NCBI GenBank assembly: GCA_965285935.1
Contig: OZ260665.1
Span: 67,642,001 to 67,706,000 of the forward strand
Reading direction: 5' to 3'
DNA from: Ophelia neglecta
Lineage: Eukaryota
Length of the DNA: 64,000 nucleotides
The translations under genes and the position numbers were made by a program. The first letter of the stretch is position 1; every line of letters starts with the position of its first letter. The notes below the pieces were generated by a model. The model was not told where the DNA came from. It did no database searches and saw only the letters and a list, made by a program, of their open reading frames with translations. Of the stretch, positions 11,415 to 25,500 are shown in pieces.

Positions 11415-14400
11415 AGCCTAGTTATGAGTTGCTGGCTTCAGAAAGTACTTGGCGCTTTTCATCACTTTCTTCAACTAATCTGCCGACAGTTAGAGCCCCG
11501 TACACGTGGTTTTGATAAGGTGCGCTCACCACCAGTATATTTGTTCAAGAAAAACTGCGCTTGTAACCACAAGCAATTCGTGTTTAAGAAACTCAATCCC
11601 GCGTCTCATCAGGGGTATCGTGCCTTCTACTGTCAACCCTACCTCACGGACCCGCCCGTCACAAAGTCCCAGCGCTGTGCTACTGGCACTCAGTAGGCGC
11701 AGAGGGGGCGCGCGGAAAACATACCTCACCCACGGCTAGACCGCACCCAATCATCGCTTTTGTTTCTGCCTATTCAAATTTACTAATAATCGAACTGATA
11801 ATTTATTTCAATTTAACTATTATAATTTCATGTATCATTGAGGGGTGCAATTACTAAAACTTTATAAATGCCATTGCTTTGCTATATTTTACTTTTATGG
11901 TTGCAATTAAAATAAACCTTATTATTTCATTGGACACAACATTGGTATTTGTCACAAAGCGGCTTAAGTCAATAAGTATTTGATATCACTCGTAAATATT
12001 TCCATCAGTTGTTGAAGAAGATATTCTGATATTAATTTCAAGAAAAAATGAGTTAGGATGCTGTCATTGGTGAAATAAAAGTATTCTGTGCTTCACAAGA
12101 TTTTAATTAGAGGATTAAATGTGTAAACCTACCTAAAAGTGTAATTAACAAGCCAGGTAATTAGTCATTCTTTAATCGGTTATACAGCTGTCATTGTGTT
12201 AGTCTTGGGTGATGTTGTCGGAACTAAGACAATGATGTACTCGTGCCAATACCAATTGCCTCTAGCCAAGCTGACACCTTGACAAAGGAATACCTTGCCG
12301 GCCATAATCTGCCAAGGTTTGCTACCACTCTCAAACACCTAACTATTACTGTGGAATTAGTTGTTATGCCATTGCAACAGATAAGTGTTAAACTGCAAGA
12401 CCAATTAAAACCGGAGGTTCATACAATAAACAGGAATGCTATCTGTACACAGCTATTTAGCACAAACTTGTTAATTATCCAGAAGGGTTTAGACCCAAAT
12501 GACTTCCTTTTTCTGTTCTTAGATTTTGAACGAATGAAAAAAAGATGCGATAACTGAAATTTCGAAACTGATACGCCGAACACAAGACGGGTAGTTTATT
12601 TACAATAAATACACAGTTTCAGTTTAATGCTGCTTTGGTAACATTTACAGGTCTCTGTGATGGCCAGATCTGTCAATCACATCAAGATGGTGGAAATCTA
12701 CATTTCGATTAGACCTTTATATCAACAAATACAACCACATTTGCAAGTAAATTGGGCTTTCTTTGTCACAGATACAAAGAATATTTATAATGTGATGCAC
12801 AATTTACGATACCTTTACCCATTTTAACATATTAATTTCTCATTTCATTTCAATTCTAGATTTTACTGAATAAAACGAGCCCTGCCGTTGACCTTTCTTG
12901 ATCCATGTCTCTTAAATAATTGAAATTTATGTCGTTCTGGTTTATTTTGGTCGCTGGGTAAGATGGTATTATTTATGCGTCAACACGAGCTGGTTAGTAC
13001 TTCGATTTGTCGCCCCCCTTTGTTAAAACGTTGTTCAATTAAAATGGTGACAAGAGGACAAACGCTTTCAAATACCCCCTGGCTAAGGCTATAGATTTAA
13101 AGAGCTTGGTACCTTCAATATATCCCTCAGATATTGCACATTAACCCGTTGTTAAACTGAATTTGATAAAAAGAAAACTCATTGTTTAGCAATGCTACTT
13201 TACCTATACTTGAGCTGACATGACAATAGCCGATCAAATTGCCATAAATTAACATTTCATCCCCCGGGAACGTCATTAAGAAATCATACACGATTTTCAG
13301 AAATATCTTAAGCACCTTACTAGACTAAGAAAAAATCAAGCTAATGTATTAAATGACTTCTGTTACGTGCCTTTTCAAACGGGGTCAAACATTTTCCTTT
13401 TGGTAGTACTCATTTTAGTAGTGGTTTATTCATTATTTGCCAAACAGAGTACTAGTATCTTTCAATAAGGCGAGATTAACAAGGCGGTCTACGATGGAGG
13501 TATAGTGTGCACGGTGGTACTACATCACAGATAACCTCGGCCCATCACCCCCTCACATTACACGTGTTTTCTCAAGTAGCAAGGCCTCCTGCTTTCTGTT
13601 CGCCTGTCGACACCTAGGCTTTACAACCAATCTGGTTATCAGTGCAAAGCCCGTGAATTTATTGTATAGCCTTCGTTCTAAACTGCGTTTCTTGTAACTT
13701 TGGAAAGATTAACGAAGTTTACAAATTCCCAATCCCAGTGTCGCCATCTGTTGAATGTAGATAGCCTTTTAGAGATTGTCTTTAATATAAATGACCATTT
13801 TCTTTTGCACTGCTTAGTCAGCGGCAGCCAGGCTAGTGTTCACTTATCTGCTCAAGTCCACTACTTCATGGACATACAGAAGGTATCAATCTATTCCCCT
13901 ATCATCTGTGGCCATGATAGCTGTGAAAAAAAATCGTTGGGAAATTAGACTGACATAAAATTGTTCGTATTTATTAGTGTAATTACCTGAGAGGAAGGAA
14001 ATGTACAATCTTCAGCTACTTTTTTTCTATTAAGCCATGAAGCTAGCGACCCCGTCTGGGAAGCTAAAATGATGCCAAGCAGCATAGTAGTAGTAACGTT
14101 AGTGGTGTGGAAATACAGATTAGAACAACTTTTGTTAAGTTCAACCAATTCGAAATTAAACAATAGAACACCACGCGTAATATCCTATGCAGATACTTTT
14201 TATCTAGTTCACTTCTTAAATATTCTCTTCCTGTGACACTCTTACCCTGAGAGCTGACTCCTATGTGTTTGGATATTAAATGACCATGCGACTGATTGGG
14301 TAATAATTGACCTGTTTTATCCCGATGTCCTGTTTACAAGTTGTACTACTTCATCAGCCCGTTCACTACTTTAACACTACTCCTAGCGATTGCTCTTGTC

Positions 14401-14666
14401 AGTCTAGACTCAGTTTCGAGGGACGCCATATTATTTCGAGGGAACGATGTTTGGACTTTATGATAAAAAGGTGAACCGGATTTTTCACTATCCATTTTAT
14501 TTCGCAGTTCATTCTTTTCGTCTCGTTTTGTACAGTCTGAATTCGAGCACGATTTATTTTGCGTCTTTGGTCAATGATTAACGGGGGGGGGGGTGCACAT
14601 TTTTTTCTTTTATTTTTGTTACTGATGTCAAGTTGATCCCCTTGTATTACAATATTCGCAATATAC

Positions 14667-14703
14667 ATTGATTGATTGATTGATTGATTGATTTATTTAT
14701 TAT
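14667..14703. repeat. (ATTG)n(ATTT)n microsatellite, possibly a minus-strand retroelement tail
   Basis: attgattgattg..atttatttatt. Confidence 0.8.
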
Positions 14704-16701
14704 AGTGGTGTGTACATTTTTTTTTCATACATTAATATATAATTGATATTCAAATTGTACCCAGCCCGGCACGGACTTATACGCCACTTCAAATAAGAAA
14801 AACAAATTACGAACAATATATAATAGTAGTATTATAATACGAATTAATTTTTGTTGCATAAATTTCATAACAGGGAATAAATGGTAGTTTCGTCTAGGAA
14901 AACAACTTATTTTTCTTCTATCCCATGCTTGTCCCACACCTCAGTGGCCATCAAATGTGTCACCCGTGCACGTTTCGAGGTCACACGTACATCAAATTTC
15001 CAGAACATCGGACGATGCGTGACGAAGATCACTCTGTGAAGTAACTAAAGAAATGAGTGGATCGCCTGCTTCTTGAACATAGCCAGGGTGTGTTTAGATT
15101 AAGAAAACAACATTGCATAACGAGCGGTCCATCTCTTGAGCAACAGCACGAGGCTGGCATATTAATGTTCTCAACTGACGGCTGCTGGTTAGTTTTATTA
15201 TCTACTTGTTAGCAACATGAATTGAAACGGAACGATTCTACTCTGCGTTGGCCTGTCTATCAGCAGTCGTAGAAATGTTTAATGCAAGCTTTTTACAAAT
15301 TTTTGCTATCTCTAAGGTCAGGACACCAGTCAACAAAGAAGTTGTCTTTAAACTTGGGCTCTGGACTACAGTGGAAGAGTGACCGCTGCTTCACCTTTGA
15401 ACGGAAGTTTGATTAGCTGCACATAACAAGAAAGATACTCAATTTTTAGTTCGACAGGTTTAATGAAAATTTGCATATTTGGATTTATGACAACGTGGAA
15501 AAGGGGGCATCCATGGACGCAGGTGTTGTTCTAAATTACAAGCAAATAAATAGATTGTATGTTGTGAATTTTGATAGTAATAATGCACTTCTTCACGAGG
15601 GGTAGCTCGTAAAGACTCCCAGAAGACAGCGGTATGACCTTTGCAGTGCCATATACAGTGCAAAATCGAGCCGCCATCTGGCGCCTGGTCTTATCACTTT
15701 AGTACCTAGTGTGAGTAGTGTCTTCTTGGAACGCGTGGTTTGCAACTTAGTGCACTTGTGCCTACAGATAGTAAATAGTATTAGATACTCAAACGAGACC
15801 AAATTAATTGTCGCTTCTGCGTATGTACTGATCACTGATGCTTGTCTCTTCGCCTGAGGATACATGCGCCTACATATAAATACCTCTGCGAAAAAACCTA
15901 TAATACGCAAATAAATATGCAGAAAAATTAAAGAAGAAAATATGACAAAAACAATACAAACAATCAGTTACTTTATTATGTTGAATCAAATAAGCAATGA
16001 GACAAATGCCAAGACAGGGTTTCCCTGTTGAAGGGTTTACCTCCAAGTATTAAATGCGTCATTTTCCTGCCCAGTTTGTCCGGGTGGCAGTGGGCCAGCA
16101 TTCCCATTATAGCTCATGCTGTAATTAGCCTCGAAAGTGTAGGCACTACCGACAGCGCCAGACAAGCTGGAATGTTGCATTTCCCATTGGCAATCATTTA
16201 TATTTGTCATGCTCTGCTACATTGTCAAGAAGTACTGCACCTAAACTGTTTGTTAACCGTCTGCCGTGAATAGAGGTCATATGGTTTGTGATAACTTTAC
16301 TATCATAATAGATCACAGTTCGGGTATAAAATACGCCGAACATGATCTTCTGTGGTTCTAGATGTTCACCAGCAAAAACCCCCAAAAAATCTCCAATAAT
16401 TGTAAACTTAGGGCATCCGTGCGTTGAATGTTCTATTAAATCTCTTGCACTTTGGTGGCAGTAGAGTCCAAAATTTAGGTCGGTGGCCTAAAGATACAGT
16501 TACATTTTCAAGCTATGAATAAAAAGGTACATTATGCGGTTTATGACATGCCCGATGATTATAAATGAACAACACTCTGATATTATGCGATTAAACATTT
16601 AAATGGTTCCAATTGATTTCTCTTAAATTTTGAGACTTATTTTTAATACTGCCATTCATTTCTCGAGATTTAATTATTAAAATGCCGCTCAACACTTGTT
16701 A

Positions 16702-17119
16702 GGGACGCACCATTAGATATTGGGGGGGGGGGGGGGGCGACAAAATATTGTCTAGTGAAACAAAAAAATTTCTAGCTTTGGACAAACAAACAATTTATTT
16801 TTTCCTATCTGGGAAGCAAACCATTTTTTTTTCTAACAAATCTCTGTCAAATATTTTTTCCCTAGCCCTGATCAAACATGTATACCCTATGTGTTAAGTC
16901 ATTATTTGGCCGTGAGGCCAACCTTTTTTTAGAATCCATCGAAGAATGGATCAGTGCTTATGCAAACAATTTTTTTTAAAGAAAATATCAGACAAACAAT
17001 TTATTTTTTCCAGAGTCAGAAACAAACAATTTTTTTTATGCATAACCAGAAACAAACAATTTTTTTTTTAATTTGTCGCCCCCCCCCCCCCCCACCCCAG
17101 ATATTGAATGGTCCGTCCC
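16702..17119. mobile_element. PIF/Harbinger-type MITE
   Basis: TIRs GGGACGCACCATTAGATATT-polyG and polyC-AGATATTGAATGGTCCGTCCC; TTA TSD on both sides; internal AAACAAACAATTT repeats. Confidence 0.85.
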
Positions 17120-17261
17120 TTAGGTCTTATGGCAGGCTATCCCATAGCACAGGCCCAGCATACGAAAACCGCCCTTACCTTACATACGAGTGTGGGCTCT
17201 TGAAATGACCAACACATTCCTACTCTGGGATTTGAGACATTTTGACCCGATATAGGATTAA

Positions 17262-18290
17262 CAATCCCGTCAAATAAGCTGGAGCTGAACCACTCATCAC
17301 TTAATGATTTTTTCAGAAAAACATATACTTTGAATTTTATTCAGAAGGGCACTGGCAACCAATTGAGTTATCTAAGAACTGGGGTTAAACTAACGTTCAT
17401 AGAATTCATGCTATCAATCCTGCACGTGACAAAGGCGGGTGTAATGATAAGAAAAACGTTTCTTAACGAATACTTCTTTATGCGGTGTATATTTCTTAAG
17501 ACAGCAGATGGACATATTATACTGATATGTTTATCCAGAGCGCAATTTGTCTCAAAGTTAGGCCTACCGCCTAACAAATATGTTCTTGGCACATGCCTCG
17601 AAAGAAGTATGACCAATTTGTGTTGGTATCAGATACACTTGAGAATGATCCAGGCTTGATAATCAAGAGCACCGCCTTGCCATCGTTCCATTTTAACACT
17701 TTTTTAACATGAGCCATCCATTGTCTAACACCATGGTCAATACATTGATGAAGAGGTGCCATCAATATTGGGGTTTAAGGAGCAATACAGTTGGGTATCT
17801 TCTGCCTATAAATGAAAATCTGAATCACGTTCACTTATTATAACACCCAAGGGTAAGGTATAATTAGTGAATAAAAGGGGGTCCAGTACACCTCCTTGAG
17901 GGACCCCACAGGCGAGAGTACTTCTGAGGACAGCGAGTAGATATTCACACAGTGGTTTTCCATCCAACATGTATGATTTAATCTAGCTAAGAGCTGAATC
18001 GCGAATTTTATAAGTGCCAATCTACTACCGGTACGCATGCGATCTGGCAGCACGTCTTGATTAAAGGCATAAAAACACAGCTGAAAGATACAACAGTATC
18101 AGTAATATGCCATTCTGATCATCAAGAGATTTATAAATGTCGTCGTGGATTTGAGCAACGCAGTTATTAAGGCTATGCATAGGTCTATAAGCCCGTTGAA
18201 ACGCTTCCCGCATATCGTTATGAATTTGGTTAGCAGTCATTCTTTTGGCCACTCCCTTTTCAGTAACCCTCAGCATAAAAAGGATTGAAA
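17262..18290 (-). mobile_element. Decayed L2/CR1-group LINE, reverse-transcriptase fragment
   Basis: Frameshifted remnants in correct order: FQRAYRPMHS..IHDDIYKSLD..ILLILLYLSAVF, CGVPQGGVLDPLLF, *AEDTQLY (YADD box), WM..KWNDGK, TPVLR*LNWLPV..IKFK, GSAPAYL. Confidence 0.88.
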
Positions 18291-18320
18291 CGTGTCTAAA
18301 ATTTTGAAGCTATCCTTTGC

Positions 18321-18480
18321 TGAATTGAATTGAATTGAATTGAATTGAGTTTATTTGGCTCAAATAATATACAGAAGCAGGCTTAAAATATAGAAGAACA
18401 TGATACAAAATAGCTTGAGAGCCGAGGAGACCCACACTAAGGATTTTTAAAAATCCGCTATCATGAAGGCCACCCGGTGC
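18321..18480 (-). mobile_element. Probable 3' tail of a non-LTR retroelement: AATAAA followed by (ATTCA)n
   Basis: (TGAAT)5 at 18321-18348 next to minus-strand AATAAA at 18350-18355; right boundary approximate. Confidence 0.4.
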
Positions 18481-20022
18481 CATTACTCCGTTGAATTAAC
18501 AAGATTTCTACATATAGTAACTAGAATTTATGAAGAACATCTATTATAAATTTATCAAAGGTTGAACTTTTTCAGCTAAAAGCTTACTTTTGCCCAATTG
18601 TGCCTGTCGAGAGAGAGAAAATACCCCTGACAAGTGATGTGTACATGTAGCAAAATATCCTCCAATGACTCATTATATATATATGTGTGAACGTACTGGG
18701 ATCCTTAATAACATTACAAATATACCTAAGCGGGCTTCCCTATATGGCTCATCACAGCGCGCATTAATGGGTCAAGGGTTACGTGTAGGTAACGGCAACG
18801 TTTTGACTACTGCTATAATAACGATGATTATACTGACTAGTATACATCGTCAGCATGTGTGTAATGAACAAAATGTTGATTCAGTGGATTTGCCTTTGAG
18901 CCTTCACCAAGTGTCTATCAATGAGACCTTATTTCTCCTTTGGCAAATAATCATTTAACATTTCGCGTGGAAAAATAGGTAATCCATGACGAAGGAAATT
19001 TCAAAGGATGTTTGTTACCATCTAAAAATCTTTAGCTCGGCTTGAACTGGTCCTATTCATAAGGAATCGATATGCATAAGAGTTCGCTCGGATTGGTAGG
19101 ACACGGTCTTCATTTAATGCACGCCGGGCCTATCTCTCTGTGATCAGTAGGGCCTACGTGGTAAAAATTAGGAACCTGCAATGCTACTTACACTTTTTAT
19201 TGAACCCGACCACTTGATTGCTGTCTTTTCCTCATTTAATGTTTGTGACTTGTTAAAATGAACTCAACCGGTAGTTTTATGGACAACCCCCTCCTTAAAT
19301 AGCCTTCAATAAACGGAAGCGGATATCAATCACTGTACCTTGGCAAAGTACTATTCCACAGCGTTGGAATCAACATTTATGGATTCTACTTTATGTGCAT
19401 ATTTTCCCTGATTTCTAGTACTAGATTGAGACCAGATTCAATTCAGCTTTTGACTCCGAGCAATGGAATACAAGCAGAAACTATAGGGCTTTCAGGAACT
19501 AAAATAAAACTCAAAATAGGACAGGTGGTTGACGACGTTTTCCTTCAAATTTTCTTCGAGCCAAAAAACGGCTATAGTGATTTAAAAAAAAGGTTTGCCA
19601 ACTTGCTATATAATTTGTGTATAAAAAGGAAGATTGGCTTAATCAATGAGGCAATTTCGTTACCACCTGCCCGCTCGTCTAGATTCTGCTGCAAATTGAC
19701 TAGGCTAAGTTTTAAAAAGATTTGATCTTGATTGTAGAGACAAAACAAATCTTGCATCTCCGAGACTGCCTCTGTGTAATATGCCAGACACTAAGAGGAA
19801 GCTAGGGTACAAGGCTCGAGCTAATTAAATGAATGTGATGTTGCAAGCGTGACCAGCAGAAAATGTTCACTTTCCTTTCTCGGGCTCTGCGACGAGCATA
19901 AACTTGGTTAAGTTGACGGAAGGCTTACATTATTATATGAACACGAAGGACAGCTGTCGTTTCTTTCATAGTTAAGAACACATTTGATTGGGCTGGTTTC
20001 TTGCCCTTTCAGACCTGGTGAT

Positions 20023-20353
20023 ATGGCTGTAATGGGCTTAATGCGAGGCCGAGGGCCCTCATCCACGGACGGCTCTGGCAGGGCAATGACCCGGGCGGGG
20101 CCTCAGGCTCCCGACTACCGCAATGGACTGATACCGTGCTGGCTGCTGATACTTACGGGGACAGCCATGCTAGGCGTCAGTCTGTTTTCCCCGGAATGGA
20201 CTCTGCTCTCCTGCAGCCCTCCCACCAACTCAACAAATAGAACAACTGTGGGAATGTGGAAGATATGTCAATCAAGCATTAAGGCTAGCAACACGACTTT
20301 TTCAATTTGTGTCTCAGTCGTCTCTCCCTTTGATTTTGCCAGCACCACCACAG
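20023..20353 (+). CDS. PMP22/EMP/claudin-superfamily tetraspan gene A, coding exon 1 (N-terminus, TM1, ECL1)
   Basis: TM1 (GLIPCWLLILTGTAMLGVSLFS) followed by the W..GMWKIC..C signature; N-glycosylation sequons NST/NRT/NTT; upstream acceptor ccctttcag| at 20012; phase-1 donor ACAG|GTAGTC at 20354. Confidence 0.85.
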
Positions 20354-21726
20354 GTAGTCTTATGCTAACTAACATCTAATACAATTCTTTGAATTACTTA
20401 TGAAGCCTGGAGTACCATCTTGGCTAAAGGAAAAACAGCTCAGGCAGCGATCATCTTGAAATTGGGAGGGGGGGGGGGGGATGAAATTGTGCGAGCCATT
20501 TTCATTTACTCAGCCTTAATGGAAGCCTAATTTTTTCAATAAAACATATGTTTTAAAAAAGGTCCTTCAAGGCCAAATTTTGTCTTCAACATAACTGTAG
20601 GTCAGATTTCTCCAAAATATGTCCACGCCGCCGCCCCCCTCGCCCCCTACCCTCTCCCTGTATAGAACAACTGCTGTGTTACTCTACAAGAACAACCTAT
20701 CACTGGAGCAGGTTTCCCACATAGAAAGGGTGTTTACTGAAATATTCCTAGAAATGGACATTTTTTAGTTATATTCATAAAACTCATCTCTATTTGTTCA
20801 CTCCAGATATCCTCTCTTATCTAAAAGAAAGTAAGAGGTCTTTACGGCCAGTAATTATACATCCTCAAATCTTGGTATTAAGGCCGCTCGGAATCACAAA
20901 AAGCGGCCACGCTTCATTTTGTTTTCATTCCGATTGATTCACACAGTCATAATTAAACTGTATCATATAGATATGGCAATGTGTAAAATATATATATTAT
21001 GCTCTAAGGGGGACGTAAAATATACGTAGAAAAGTGTGGCCTTCCTGTATGGCTATGCACTTATATCGGAACAGCGCCCATGCAAGCAATTGCATTTTGG
21101 AACATTAACTTGGCTTCATTCTGGTACATGTCATGTCGCGGGCCTTTCGTTTCGTTTGCATCTTACTAGCACCTCACCAAACGATTGAGTCTCTTTAAAG
21201 GCAGGGTAATTTTCATTTGATCCTCTGGTACTTGCCAGGGATGTATTGGTTTGTCACGGAACTGGCGCCACTAAAATGTTGACATTGGGTCGAATGCTCT
21301 GTTAGAATCCCTACTGGTGTTGATTAACAATATAGGACAACTAATTCGAGCTCGCCAATAGATGCCAAGGAGGAGCACAAAACACACTTACAGCCTCAAA
21401 GACAGATCCTTAGTACGATTTGGCACGGCTACTGTAGATATATTACTCTTGCCACAGACAACAGCCTTTCCCTGAAGTCAGGTCCATATACAATGCAGAT
21501 GCCCATTGAACCTTAGTGATTGATTTATGCCAGCAACATAAAGTCTGGAGACTAGTGGTGCTTAAAAAACTATGTATCTGTAATCAATGCATGTCCGACA
21601 CGCTCACATGGTGAACGCTAATTGGCCCAGAAAGCAAATGACGCTTGGCATGCTTTCGGCGATGACGTCACCACCAGAAGGCAGCGGCAACCAGGTACAC
21701 AGAGCTCTGGCAAAACGCGTCACTTG

Positions 21727-22183
21727 GGGTGCGTTTGATTTGAACCAAGAACGCAACACTCGGCGACAGTTGCAAATCAAACGCCAAGAACGCCACACGC
21801 GGATCCTGTAACTGGGTCAAGAACACACTCCCCATCTCATGGGGAGTGATCCAGGAGTGACAGGAAGTTGACGTCATTGTAATATGGCGGACCTGAGCGC
21901 GGGAGACTAGAAAGTTTGCAGATATCAACTTTATTTTAAGATGTTTTGTTCTAAACGACAAGGGACAGTTAAAATACCACTAGAATAAACCTATCGCTAT
22001 AGTTAACTTTCATGTTGTGTAAACCATAAAATCCAATTCTACATGAAAGGTTGGCCATTTTGCCAACACGAGGATCCAGTTCTTGTCGTTTGTGTACATA
22101 TCACAATCTGGGTCTGTGTACATGCGCATTTAAGGATGACCTCAATCCTATCCGACACTGGTGTTATCAAATCAAACGCACCC
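21727..22183. mobile_element. PIF/Harbinger-type MITE
   Basis: Perfect 17-bp TIR GGGTGCGTTTGATTTGA / TCAAATCAAACGCACCC; 3-bp TSD TTG. Confidence 0.85.
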
Positions 22184-23639
22184 TTGCCTTCGGGTTTTAA
22201 ATAGGTCAAACGTCATACATAGCAAACCAATTAGAGATAGCCTCATTTAAACCCACCAATTACACATAGACAATATGTGCGTCAGCAGTAGCTTGTGCGG
22301 GCTGTTTTCTAGCATCGTATGAATTTAACCCTTTTTTAGTCTGCCAGGTATATCCACTTATATTTTATTGATATGGAATAGATGATACAATAGTAAGGTG
22401 ATAGGTTTAACATCGGCGGCGTTGTCAGGAGGAAATCACGACTGATGCTGGACATTCTTTTTTTTAGGGAGCTTGGCAACACCTCCCTTTTAATCTCACT
22501 TGTTAAAAAATCGTTAAGCATCCCGTCAAGTAGCATTTGGACACTTCAAGTCGTGCGCAATTTCAAGAATTCACCTTTGATCGCGCCTTTGCACCTGTAA
22601 AGCATTGTATTCGTGCGCTGCTGGCTGGCTACCAGTATTGCGGTTAGCAGTCCTCACATTTTGGCAATTTCTTATTACCTATATCTATACCGATACCAAT
22701 AAATGAAAGAAATCACCAAAGTGTCTCATCGCACAGATGGTAATAGTGGAGAACGTGTGACATTAGTTGACGCAATCAAAAATTAACAACAACAAATATT
22801 CAGACTAGCAGCAAGCAGACTTAGTTCATGATTTCTGGTATACCGATGTTTTTTTTGGTATGGTTGGGCAGGCAACTAATCCTGAGAGCAGTACACTCCC
22901 CTTTGACTTAGTCGAAATTCTTGGCCACCTTTATTAGGGGGTGGTCAATAACTATTGGGGCAGTAGGGGGGGGGGGACTCTAATTCCCCTTCTAATACTC
23001 TGACCCAATCTCGCTCATACATTTTATAAAGACGTTCTCTTTCACGACAGTTTCAGACTCGTCAGATGAATAATAAAGTGTCTAGCTATTCTCCAGATGA
23101 ATCTAGATATGAATCCAGCAGCTATTGAGAAAAAGGGATTTCTCAACGTTTCAATTATTTCTCACAAAGCCTCCTCCGCCAGTATATCAGGTGCTAACAG
23201 CTGTCGAGGAAGCTAACGTTAGGTTTAGAATAATGAGCTTGGTTCAATCTAACCCGGAAAGCGGAGGAGAGCGCTTAACTTCATCATCCGTTCGTCAAGT
23301 CAGGAAAATTACTATTTTTTGAGTGGTGGCGTAGGATCTAAAGGATTATGGAGACGCGTGTAGCGCTCCTGGAAGCCCATTATCAATATCTGTAAGGATT
23401 AAGGAACAAGAAAATCAACTTTACAACAGCTCTCATCAACACCGTTAAGATAGATTTTCTGTTAATATGGAGAGTTTGTAATGGGTTCATGGCTTTATCC
23501 CATGGCCTACATCCACAAGAAAAGAAACCAACCATAACAAAATACAACGCTGCTTGGTGTAAAGTAATATTGGAACAAACGGTTAGAAGAATTAGAGCCT
23601 AAGTATTTTTTGTGTGATACCTGGTGATTTTACTATATA

Positions 23640-24215
23640 CTTTTTATTAGATAGTTTATTGACCTTATAGATGTTTATTGACTAGATAGACGGGTTACCA
23701 ATTATATATACTGATACCTACGTTGTAGACCACATCTTAGGGCCACCTTCCAATTCCGACCACACTACAAAGACCATACCGTACACTGTAATGTACAATG
23801 TAAAATAACCTGTCTAACCAGACCATCCCTTTATATATTATAATCAGACCAGTATGTTAGACTCCCTCTTGTGGTCTTAATTCTGAGATTTCAATGTAGA
23901 TGGTTCATTGACAAGATAGATGGTTTATTGACTAGACTGGTGGTGTAGTGACTAGATAGATAAATGGATGGTATATTGACTAGATAGATGGTTTATTAAA
24001 ACCAGATAGATGATTTATTAACAAGATGGAATGTCTATTGAGCTGACTGATGGTATATTGACTAGATAGAATACCGATGGTTTATTGATGAGATAGATGG
24101 TTTATTAACATACATTTAATTTATTAACCAGCTTGACGGGTTATTGACCATCCACACGCTTTATGGACTAGTTAGATGGTTAGTTGATTAGATGGCATAT
24201 TGATTTATTAACCAT
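23640..24215. repeat. Degenerate ~20-bp tandem repeat interrupted by MITEs
   Basis: Unit approximately GATGGTTTATTGACTAGATA; related units also at about 24422-24450 and 25505-25570. Confidence 0.8.
23709..23896. mobile_element. Degenerate copy of the 47478 MITE family
   Basis: Shares caatg..aaaataacctgtcta..cagaccatc, tcagaccagtat and gtggtcttaatt with 47478-47656. Confidence 0.7.
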
Positions 24216-24225
24216 ATACACCTAT

Positions 24226-24419
24226 ATATTAAACCTACCACAAAGACCACATCCATAATTATTCAGACCACATCTGTTTTAAGACCTCACATAAGAAGAC
24301 CCGAGGTAACACTTACAATATAAAATAACCTGTCTACACTGATCATACACAGTAATCAAACCAGTCATCTGACCAGTATCTAAGGGCACTTAGATGATCT
24401 CAAATCTAAGGTTTTAGTG
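24226..24419. mobile_element. Second degenerate copy of the 47478 MITE family
   Basis: taaacct..aaagaccac, ttattcagaccac, aaaataacctgtcta, gaccagtat; ends ggttttagtg|ta. Confidence 0.7.
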
Positions 24420-24485
24420 TAGATATTTTATTGTCCAGATAGTGACTAGACAGGTGGGCATTTATTATCATTTGGTCTTGATCTT

Positions 24486-24650
24486 CAGTGGGGGATCTGG
24501 GATTTCTGGAAGGGGGGGGGCACATTTTCCAAGGCTGACAAGGCAAATATTTGGGTTGGCCCCCCTAACCAACCCTCTGAAACCACGTTGCGTGGGTCCA
24601 GAAATAAGCTCTGGTCCGGGCCCACTTTTGGCAAAGGGGGGGGGGGATCC
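24486..24650. mobile_element. Fragment of a dispersed non-autonomous DNA element
   Basis: Starts CAGTGGGGGATCTGGGA; 24567-24648 is a close reverse-complement match to 63901-63982. Confidence 0.65.
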
Positions 24651-24769
24651 TGGTCTCTTGAGCGACAAAAACTTTCAAGAATTAACCATAAGAAGTCAGA
24701 ATCAAATTTTCATATTGAAAAACCAGAAATAATCCTCACAATATTGAGTTTCCGCTTCGAGTTTTGTGG

Positions 24770-25500
24770 CGATCTTGTCAAATACATCTGCTTGGAATCT
24801 AGGAGCCTACTTCGATTCATCCGTGTCCCTTGAATTGCATGTTGGCAATACCTGTAGGTCTGCCAACTTTCACCTTCATTGCATATCAAGGACCAAAAAG
24901 TTCCTCTCCAGGCAAAATATTGATTGCCTAATCGACGGTTTTGTGTAATACAGATTGGCCACGACTCGTTGTTGTATAGCTTGCCAAATTACTTGTTGAA
25001 GAAGCTGCAGAGAGTGCAAATTTCTGTGTCCAAACTGATCATGGGAGTCCGGACATGTTACCACATGACGCCAGTTCTCTATCAATTCCAATTGGATGCC
25101 TGTTTCCTGGAGGATTCAATTCAAGAGCTGTCTCTCGGTTTTTGAGGCACTTAATGGACTTGCCCTAGCATATAAATCTGTTTTGATTAAGCCGTACTCT
25201 TCTGGCGCTCCCTTCGGGCTGAGGGAGGTGGACTACCGGCTGTGACAGTGTTGAACACCAAAAGATATGGTCAGCGCTCATTTATGTATGCTGGTACTGA
25301 ACTCCCCCAAACCTGCCAATCCGTATTAGAGCAGTGCTTGTCTGGAACTTCTAAAACACATTATTTTAGAATAGGTTATGATTTTGGTTTTTAGCAGAAA
25401 TATTTGTATACATTTCGTCTCTTCATATACTGTACTAGGTTGCTGCGCTTATGAGCTTTTGGCATAGGCGCTTTAGAAATATATTTTGATAATAATAAAA
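24770..25500 (+). mobile_element. 5'-truncated L2-like LINE (ORF2 C-terminus and 3' UTR)
   Basis: NLGAYFDSSVSLELHVGNTCRSANFHL, SLLYSLPNYLLKKLQRVQ, HMTPVL, RIQFK, ALNGLA, YGQRSFMYAG, LKTHYF; ends in an L2-type tail (gcgc..taggcgctttagaaat..taataat). Confidence 0.88.
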
